Assembly: GCA_030141605.1 (NCBI GenBank)
Contig: JAQGDQ010002223.1
Coordinates: 1 to 7,747, forward strand
DNA from: Tubiluchus corallicola
Lineage: Eukaryota > Animalia > Priapulida
Direction: 5' to 3'
DNA: 7,747 nt
The position numbers and the translations under genes were made by a program. Below the pieces are notes generated by a model. It worked only from the letters and a program-made list of their open reading frames with translations, was not told the DNA's origin and did no database searches. Position 1 is the first letter of the stretch. Every line of letters begins with the position of its first letter. Positions 1-7,690 of this stretch are shown here, piece by piece.

Positions 1-75
1 TACTGACACCCGTTACCCGCCTTCCTCCACGCTAATTAATGTACGTGTTCAATGGGGGAATATGGCCAGCAGTCT

Positions 76-393
76 CAAGTCTTTCTACTACTCTTGGTAT
101 GTTGCCCGCTGTACGAGGCTGCTGCATGTCTAGACACTGGCTAGACATCAGCGATTTCTTGGCATAAGACCTGCTGTACGAGGCTACTACAAGTCTTTCT
201 ACTACTCTTGGTATGTTGCCCGCTGTACGAGGCTGCTGCATGTCTAGACACTGGCTAGACATCAGTGGTTTCTTGATATAATGTCCACTGTACGAGGCTA
301 CTACATGTCCGGCTAAGTTGTAGACACTGGCTAGACGTCAGTGGCTTCTTGATATATGCTCAGTGTCCCAGGCTGCTACATGTCCGGCTGAGT
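76..393. repeat. Minisatellite A, 114-bp period built from related 65/49-bp subunits, decaying rightwards
   Basis: caagtctttctactactcttggtatg... starts at 76 and 190. The core ctgtacgaggct occurs at 109, 174, 223 and 288, with a degenerate copy near 363. Confidence 0.9.
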
Positions 394-437
394 TGTGTGT
401 GTGTGTGCGTGTGTGTGTATATATGTATATGTATATA
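394..437. repeat. Compound (TG)n/(TA)n microsatellite
   Basis: tgtgtgtgtgtgtgcgtgtgtgtgtatatatgtatatgtatata. Confidence 0.95.
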
Positions 438-509
438 CTGTGTTGATTTTTTTAAAACTGACAAACTTTGTGGTTATTCTTACGCTTTGCAATGATGTGT
501 TATGTTTAG

Positions 510-881
510 TGTGGAGAAGAGCTCGCATTGACTACAGGGGATGCTGGATTTTTCCCGTCGATGTCAAGTTTGCAAAGTCGTTTACCGGTTTAACTGCGTT
601 CAAGTGCGTTAACAAGTGCCAAGTGTTTAACGAAAGATCGCAGTCTAATGGCGTTTTTGCACTGCTGGAAAGAAACACCAAGGTCAACATCGATAATGAA
701 AACTCCTACATTTGTCATTGTGCTGGTCCTGCGGTCACAGCTCGAGGCAGACCTGCGGATTGTGGCTTCATTCCGTCGTCCATTATAGGTGTCCAGTCTG
801 AGCCGTGTTCAAAATGTGTGGGTGGTGAGGGTGGTTTCTGTGGCGGAGATGCCTTTACTTATGCTGTATATGATACAGGAG
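510..881 (+). CDS. Internal exon 1 of a multi-WSC-domain protein (divergent WSC domain 1)
   Basis: Acceptor tgtttAG (508-509) and donor G|GTAATA (882); 372 nt, phase 1 at both ends. Encodes WRRARIDYRGCW...CVNKC...FALL...CHC...C...CSKC...CGGDAFTYAVYDTG, matching the WSC pattern YxGC...CxxxC...CxC...C..C...CGG....VY. Confidence 0.85.
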
Positions 882-1000
882 GTAATATTTTAATATTTAC
901 AACGTATAGAATAAAATAGAATACAGTATAAATTTATTTTTTACTTGGATATGTAAAAATGTTATCTCCATTACAATCCAAATTTGGTTAGTAATTACGG

Positions 1001-1471
1001 CATTGGCGGCTCTTGTGTAGATACAGTGGAACTGCAGCACCCCCTATTTTCACTCGATATTATCGATAATATTCAATAATAAGTCATTTTTCTTTAGTTC
1101 TTTCTATATACTTGTACAGAGCACGTGAGGGTAGTACTGTTTGCTTCACAGCCCAGCACAGTGCGCCCCAGTAACGTGGTGTTTGGCTCTTGTGCTCAAG
1201 CGGCCACGCGCACATGTCTGATCCCAGGTAGAGAAAGTACTGTCACTCACACAGTTTGTTGTCACTAGTCACGTGCTTACCGTGAATAGATCAAGCTTGA
1301 ACTTCAACAATTTAGGCTAATAGTAAGCAAAAAATATTTATTTCCTTTAGGATTTTATCAAGTTAATGTATAAATTTTCATACGTTTGTTTCATATTACA
1401 CAGTATTAAAACAACAGCTAAAAATTTTCTGAAGTAGCACCCCTAGTAATTTTAACTACAAGCCGCCACTG
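1001..1471. mobile_element. Putative non-autonomous DNA transposon (hAT-like MITE)
   Basis: The left end cattggcggctcttgtgtag resembles the reverse complement of the right end (cagtggcggcttgtag, 1456-1471). The motif g(c/t)agcacccc lies near both ends (1034, 1434). The 3' part recurs at 6591-6664. No clean target-site duplication (TSD). Confidence 0.55.
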
Positions 1472-1676
1472 TTAATTTCTAAAAATAAAAATAATCTTAT
1501 AAATGAAATACAAAAAATAAAAAAAAGGTTTTAAAATTAACACAACACATTACAATACATCCACAATACTAAAAATTGAGGATTTAGTATAAGTATTGTA
1601 ATATGAATAACACACAGAAATGATATATCCACGCTAAAATTCAGCATATTAATATTATAAATAAGAAATGCCATTA

Positions 1677-1822
1677 CAGTTGGCACCCATTTATCAGACT
1701 CACGGTTAACAGACTAAATCGCTTAATTGACTCAAAAACGCCTGGTACAGGCTGCTTCTATTCAAATATAAATAAAAACTATTGGTAATTGACTCAAATA
1801 ACTTTGCTTAATTGACTCAAAA
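1677..1822 (+). mobile_element. Possible left end of a Tc1/mariner (pogo-like) element with subterminal repeats
   Basis: TA|CAGTTGGCACCCATTTATCAGAC followed by repeated tta(a/t)cagac and three taattgactcaaa motifs (about 1724, 1786, 1809). No matching right end was found. Confidence 0.35.
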
Positions 1823-2356
1823 TTTTTCCTTTACTTAGTTAAAATAAGATATTTGTATGTGCCAAAAGAGCCTTCCCTAATTTTATGTCATCTTTACTTC
1901 GCGTTTGTGGACTATGTATGCAGAAACAATCATGTTAAGTACCGTTCTGTTTGTAAGCAAGTACGTTTATCATGAGCTAATATGCTAGCGTAGCGGTTTT
2001 GCTTTGAATCTGTTACCTGCTGGCCCACTGCAGTTAACCTCCATTACCCAAAGAATTTCTGGAAGCTAAACATTTAATCACTTGTCTAGGGGTTTCCTTT
2101 TGATGCTCTCGTTGCAAATCACGCTTTCAGGCTTAATCATTTAATAGTCAAAGATGCAGTGAATTAACCTATTTTATTACCAAATAAAGAGTAGCTGACT
2201 TGATGACTTTAGTCACTTTGCCTCCTTTATCTCTTTGACTTGAGATTTATTTTATTAACCGTGTTTATTAGTCTAATTATGTTTGTGTATTTTTATTGTA
2301 TGCTTGCGCTCCCGAAATGTTGTAGAGAAAAATGAACATGATTTTTCCGGTTTCAG

Positions 2357-2644
2357 TAACTCGTGAATATCAGGGATGTTTTGCATACTACATGCCCGAG
2401 ACATACTTCCCGGTTACAAAGTCACTCAATCAGGGATCCACTGCACTGGACAGTGATTGTCTAAGAATGTGCAAAGACGAAGGCTACCATTTTGGCGGCC
2501 TGCATTATTCGTCTGATGAATACTCGTGCGTTTGCGGAAACGGTTTTCCGTACAACAAGTTTTCGTTGAACTGTGAGAGATGTGCAAAGACGACAATCGG
2601 AGTTTGTCCCGGGGAAAATGCGGTGTCTGTTTACTCGACTGAAA
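2357..2644 (+). CDS. Internal exon 2 (WSC domain 2)
   Basis: Acceptor tttttccggtttcAG (2355-2356) and donor A|GTGAGC (2645); 288 nt, phase 1-1. Encodes TREYQGCF...CLRMCKDEGYHFGGL...CVCGN...CERC...CPGENAVSVYSTE with the 8 canonical WSC cysteines. Confidence 0.9.
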
Positions 2645-2700
2645 GTGAGCATTGCTTATTTCTGATTTTAGTAACATTTGCAGTCATTTTTAGTTTTGTT

Positions 2701-2965
2701 AGCAATGGTTGTGATGTTTGTGTCGTAGTAACGGTGATGACATTAATTGTGGTGGTAACAGTATCAGCTATGGTGGTGATATTTGTGTCGTAGTAACTGT
2801 GATGACATGAATTGTGTTTGTAACACTATCAGCAATGGTGGTGATGTTTGTGTCATAGTAACGGTGATGGTATTAATTGTGGTGGTAACAGTATCAGCAA
2901 TGGTGGTGATGTTTGTGTCATATTGACGGTGATGACATTAATTGTGGTGGTAACAGTATCAGCAA
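2701..2965. repeat. Minisatellite B, 4 x 65 bp
   Basis: The unit agcaatggtggtgatgtttgtgtcrtagtaacggtgatgacattaattgtggtggtaacagtatc starts at 2701, 2766, 2831 and 2896. Confidence 0.95.
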
Positions 2966-4269
2966 CAGTTTAGTAACTAGATCAATGATATTGCAACGAC
3001 GCCGGGTCCTTGCCGCCACGGATCTAATTGGTGGCTCCCCTAGTCGGTTCTTTCCCTCGTATTTCAGAAGCCAAGTAGTCGGGTTCACTGCCGGCATGAT
3101 GCAAACTTTATAAAGTCAGGTTTGTTGAAGAAAACTTGTCAGGAAACTTGTTCTGTGTAATTTATGTTGGTTGTGTCAGCGGAACAGGTGCTGAGGTGGT
3201 AAAAACACCTGTCTGTTTATCTACTAAACCGAGCAGGCCATTCCATGCCAGCAGTTTTATCCCTGGCATGCAAAGCTGATATGCAATGGCTTCGTATGGA
3301 TCGAACCATCACAATATAGGTGTAAGGGATGAAAATCAATGGCATTTCGCCATCGTTACAATATTAACAGTATTAATAAAAACAATAACCGTATGTGCAT
3401 TATTTAGCATATTTAACTGTAGAACGGTGATGGTTATCATATATGCAGTTGCATTTAATGATGTGCGTCATTTGACACTTCGTTAAGGTTTACAACTGAT
3501 TTACACTTTAGCCATTCAATCTTCATTGAGTAGTCTCTGGAAGAGTACTAAATTCATTGAAAAGAAACATTTAATGAAATAATGAATTATGAACATTATG
3601 AGCTGCTGGTGGTGTCGGTCACTGAAAGTCATGTAAACATGGTTTTTATGTTCAAATTGTTCAAGTTGTTTTACGTACACACAAATATTATTTTGATAAT
3701 TAACTGCACCAAATTAGTGTATGTGTGCTAGCATATCAAAATCTTCTATAAGTCGTCAATTAAGCTTTTCTAGTCATTCACATATCCTGAATCTCCATTT
3801 CATGAGGGTCATTTTGATACCAAGTTCATCAGTCTATGTTATTTCTAAGCTGAGATAATCCACGTTGAAGTTGAGGTGCAGGCTGCACACTGAAAAACAT
3901 AATCTTGGGAAAATCGCTGTTAAAGTCAGCCATTGTTTTTTGTCGCATTTCTACAAAACACTTAGCAACCGCACAAATGTTGGTTGCTACGGACTTTACA
4001 AGAACACATTGACGTTGTGGTTAAATTCAGTAGTTGGCTCCTTTTGACGAAGGTTTGGGCTTGGCAGCATAAAAAACCCGAACCAAAATGACTCCTTCTA
4101 CGAGCTACTATCAAAGTTTGAAAATACAAGTTTTTTACAACTGCTATACTAATTTCTAGACAGAAAAGTGGGTATTCGGGCTGTAAAATTAAACTTTTCG
4201 TATTTTATGAACATATTCTCGTTAATTTGGTGCTAGAATATAAAAATTCAATATATTTAACATTTTTAA

Positions 4270-4313
4270 AAAACGAAATTTTGACGTTTGATCAATTTTT
4301 TGTGCACCCTGTA
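4270..4313 (-). mobile_element. Solitary Tc1/mariner-like terminal repeat
   Basis: The minus strand reads TA|CAGGGTGCACAAAAAATTGATCAAACGTCAAAATTT, a typical TA-CAGGGTG Tc1/mariner end. The partner end was not found and the inner boundary is arbitrary. Confidence 0.35.
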
Positions 4314-4485
4314 CTTTGGAGCTTCATAACGTAGTTTTAACTATGCCGATTTGTGACCTGTTTTGGTTTTCAAGCACACATTTGGTAATTTTCTAGAGCA
4401 CAATATTGTTTTCTTTGATAATTAGTTTATTGGATAATGTACGTGTCTACTATAATCATCTTATTATTTCTCATATATTTTCCAG

Positions 4486-4821
4486 ATTTTGCAGTTACAT
4501 CAGATGCTTTAGGCTGCTGGGAAGATAAAGACCCTCTTGCAAAGCAGCCACACAGTGGAGAGAGAGACATGCCATATAAGGCTAGAATGACTAACGTCAC
4601 CCCAGACAAGTGTATTGAACATTGTTCAGAGCTTAATTATGCTTATGCTGGTTTGGAAAGTGGAACAGATTGCTATTGTGGCAACCTTTATGGACGATAC
4701 CTGCCCGCAAGGAACCCCTGCAACCTCAAGTGTGGCAGCCAGCATGAAATATGTAATTTATATGACAAGTCGTGTTCTACTTGTGGTGGTAACTGGGCAT
4801 TAGAGGTTTACCGTACAAATG
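4486..4821 (+). CDS. Internal exon 3 (WSC domain 3, closest to consensus)
   Basis: Acceptor ttttccAG (4484-4485; alternative in-frame AG at 4493-4494) and consensus donor G|GTGAGT (4822); 336 nt, phase 1-1. Encodes LGCWED...NVTPDKCIEHCSELNYAYAGLESGTDCYCGN...CNLKC...CGGNWALEVYRT. Confidence 0.93.
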
Positions 4822-4914
4822 GTGAGTGTTACGGTTTATGAGGTACCTGGCAACTTCAGTTTTAAATATTCATCTTCTGGTTATTTGAGTATTCATTTTT
4901 GCAGAGTGTTTATA

Positions 4915-5292
4915 CACTCATGTCTCGGTTTGCAGGACCCCGCTTCTACGCATATCGGAAGATTTGGACAAAACCTTGTCCGTTAAAGAGTCCTGCATAC
5001 TACGGACAGTGTCCGTTGTTTCACGAGCTGACCGCTAGATGGTAGACTGCCACTTTCTTTACATCCAAACAGCGTGTAACGACACATGCGTAGTTCATAT
5101 ACCAGCGGGTTTAGTGGTTTAATCAGAGTGTGTATGTGGGTTAGAATCAATTATGCAGAGTTATTTCAGTGAACTACAAACAGTTTTTGTACATGTTGCA
5201 TAGGAGCAGCCCATACTAGACGCATTTGACACGATATGGCGATTGATTCTTGGCGTCTCCCCGCTTTTGTCCGGCAAACCGAGATTTGAGTG
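4915..5292. mobile_element. MITE, 378 bp, 24-bp TIRs, TA-flanked (Tc1/mariner-like)
   Basis: Left CACTCATGTCTCGGTTTGCAGGAC (4915-4938) versus reverse-complemented right CACTCAAATCTCGGTTTGCCGGAC (5269-5292), 21/24 identical. TA at 4913-4914 and 5293-5294. No ORF. Confidence 0.8.
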
Positions 5293-5362
5293 TATTTTAA
5301 ACTTTACATTAGTCTTAGTGCAACATTGGAAATGCTGAAGACAGTTTAAGTTTTAGGCTAAT

Positions 5363-5924
5363 TTATGAAGTTTATTTTTCTCTACCTAGTCACAAAGTAC
5401 GCATAATCACATAGGGACCTAGTAATGGACTTTCCATGGTCTTATTTTTGAAATTTATTTTTCTCTACCTGGTCATAGCTACGCATAGTCACATAGGGAC
5501 CTAGTAATGGACTTTCCATGGTCTTATTTTTGAAGTTTATTTTTCTCTACCTGGTCACAGCTATGCATAGTCACATAGGGACCTAGTCATAGACTTTCCA
5601 TGTCTTATTTTTGAAGTTTATTTTTCTCTACCTAGTCACAGCTATGCATAGTCACATAGTGACCTAGTCATGGACTCCATAGTCTTATTTTTGAAGTTTA
5701 TTTTTCTCTACCTGGTCACAGCTATGCATAGTCACATAGGGACCTAGTCATGGACTCCATAGTCTTATTTTTGAAGTTTATTTTTCTCTACCTGGTCACA
5801 GCTACGCATAGTCACATAGTGACCTAGTCATAGACTCCATAGTCTTATTTTTGAAGTTTATTTTTCTCTACCTAGTCACAGCTACGCATAATCACATGGG
5901 GACCTAGTCATAGACTCCATAGTC
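5363..5924. repeat. Minisatellite C, about 7 x 80-83 bp
   Basis: gaa(g/a)tttatttttctctacct(a/g)gtca... starts at 5367, 5450, 5532, 5613, 5693, 5773 and 5853. Confidence 0.95.
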
Positions 5925-6029
5925 AACTATCAGAAATGCTTTTGCAGTATTAATTGCGTTAAAATGTATAGTTTTTATCGGACTTGAGAATATGGTAGTG
6001 TACGAAAAATCATCCTGTCTTCGTTTCAG

Positions 6030-6149
6030 TCTTTGTGCCAGGAGAGGAATTTCAAGCAGTCTGTTGTGGTATTAGTCAAATCACCCCGGCTCTCTTAAGA
6101 CGGACAACAATGTCTTCCAGAATGTGCATCCAGCTTTGCTATGAATTGG
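6030..6149 (+). CDS. Internal exon 4 (N-terminal part of WSC-like domain 4)
   Basis: Acceptor ctgtcttcgtttcAG (6028-6029) and weaker donor G|GTACTG (6150); 120 nt, phase 1-1. Encodes FVPGEEFQAVCCGISQITPALLRRTTMSSRMCIQLCYEL, with the M(S/T)xxxCxxxC WSC motif. Confidence 0.75.
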
Positions 6150-6590
6150 GTACTGTTTACAATTGCTATTATTTTTACTATTTATCTAGAAGTTGCAGTA
6201 GAATTTTCAATTCTTAGTAGCATAAAAGATAAGAGCATTTACACATTATAATGATTTAACAAAAAGTGACAATAGATAATGCAGCAGTTAGTCAAGGGGG
6301 TGTCAATAAAAAGAATTCATTACTTAATTTTGACATTGTAAGTGCTCTTAGAGACGATCTCTCTTTCTCGCGAAATTGCGCTTTTAGCATTAATCACATT
6401 TCGATTATTGTTATATTCATATCTCAATAATTGTGAGTTGTAATCCAAAGAGAGTGGGTTATCTTCTGGTAATAACCTGCTGGTAATTAGTTGTTGTTTC
6501 TTTTGTAGTAATTCTATTCTACAAATTACGACGTTGAATGAATAACTGTCGCTCGCGCAGTGCCGATCTCGTTGTGCAAGTGTAAGACAG

Positions 6591-6664
6591 TGTTTCTCAT
6601 TTTACACAGTATTAAAACATTGGCAAAAATTTCGTGAAGCAACACCCACACTAATTTTAACTAC
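6591..6664 (+). repeat. Dispersed repeat fragment homologous to 1387-1459
   Basis: ttacacagtattaaaaca...aaaaattt..tgaag.a.caccc....taattttaactac is shared and collinear in both places. Confidence 0.8.
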
Positions 6665-6731
6665 GTCTTTTGTAATGTCCTACTGACTTCGTAGTAACCC
6701 AGATCTAGTTACGAAGTACAAACTTATGAAA

Positions 6732-7580
6732 GTGTTGTGATTGTGATCTGTACTCAGCTGTCTGTGTTGTGATTGTGACCTATATTCAGCTGTCTGTGTT
6801 GTGATTGTGACCTATACTCAGCTGTCTGTGTTGTGATTGTGACCTATATTCAGCTGTCTGTGTTGTGATTGTGACCTATAGTCAGCTGTCTGGGTTGTGA
6901 TTGTGACCTATATTCAGCTGTCTGTGTTGTGATTGTGACCTATACTCAGCTGTCTGTGTTGTGATTGTGAGCTATACTCAGCTGTCTGTGTCACACGTTA
7001 TCTTGACTGGTGTTGTGATTGTGAACTATGCTCAGCTGTCTGTGTCACACATTAACTTAACCGGTGTTGTGATTGTGACCTATACTCAGCTGTTTGTGTC
7101 ACACATTAACTTGACTGGTGTTGTGATTGTGACCTATACTCAGCTGTTTGTGTCACACATTAACTTGACTGGTGTTGTGATTGTGACCTATACTCAGCTG
7201 TTTGTGTCACACATTAACTTGACTGGTGTTGTGATTGTGACCTATACTCAGCTGTTTGTGTCACACATTAACTTGACTGGTGTTCTGATTGTGACCTATA
7301 CTCAGCTGTTTGTGTCACACATTAACTTGACTGGTGTTGTGATTGTGACCTATACTCAGCTGTTTGTGTCACACATTAACTTGACTGGTGTTGTGATTGT
7401 GACCTATACTCAGCTGTCTGTGTCACACAACTTAACCGGTGTTGTGATTGTGACCTATACTCAGCTGTCTGTGTCACACATTAACTTGATTGGTGTTGTA
7501 ATTGTGACCTATACTCAGCTGTCTGTGTCACACATTAACTTGACCGGTGTCGCGATTGTGACCGGTGTTGCGATTGTGAT
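6732..7580. repeat. Bipartite minisatellite D: 7 x 32 bp, then 11 x about 54 bp
   Basis: gtgttgtgattgtgacctatactcagctgtct repeats every 32 bp from 6732 to 6955. The same core plus gtgtcacacattaacttgactg then repeats every 54 bp from 6956 to 7546 (one 51-bp unit), followed by a degenerate tail. Confidence 0.97.
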
Positions 7581-7690
7581 CACGACGACCCCGATTCCGA
7601 ACACCCCTAGCAACCATGCTGTTTTACACATTGTCTTATTTGAGTCATATGATTTTCATTGTTTTCACAAGAACTGGTTTGTATTTTCAG

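Noticed and set aside
32-262. 76-aa minus-strand ORF with an internal duplication
   Set aside because: It merely translates the 114-bp tandem repeat and has no recognisable domain.
395-509. Hydrophobic, signal-peptide-like N-terminus of ORF 395-919
   Set aside because: It is the translation of a TG/TA microsatellite and T-rich intron upstream of the acceptor, and the start is GTG.
2645-2793. Apparent transmembrane C-terminus of ORF 2332-2793
   Set aside because: It lies beyond a good GTGAGC donor and runs into GT-rich minisatellite B. The hydrophobicity is explained by base composition, although intron retention cannot be formally excluded.
3050-3078. Acceptor-like ctttccctcgtatttcAG at 3067 as an extra exon
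   Set aside because: A phase-1 join gives K-A-K-stop, so it cannot be an internal coding exon, and there is no evidence for a terminal exon.
3755-3765. gtcaattaagc as the inverted partner of gcttaattgac (1721/1806), implying a transposon spanning exon 2
   Set aside because: The match is only 11 bp, the terminal ...ACTG|TA is not mirrored, and it is compatible with chance in AT-rich DNA.
4437-4485. MYVSTIIILLFLIYFP as the signal peptide of a standalone single-WSC gene
   Set aside because: It coincides with the polypyrimidine tract of a phase-1 acceptor, and the exon ends at a consensus donor in phase with its neighbours. An internal exon is more parsimonious.
2426-4803. Short ORFs 2426-2677, 2461-2652, 2913-3113, 3286-3486, 3865-4047, 4427-4609 and 4615-4803
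   Set aside because: These are antisense or alternate-frame shadows of real exons, or chance intronic ORFs with no recognisable motifs.
6732-7580. CRISPR-like array (32-bp repeat plus 22-bp 'spacer')
   Set aside because: The intervening 22-mers are near-identical rather than unique, the first 7 units have none, no cas genes are present and the context is a eukaryotic intron.
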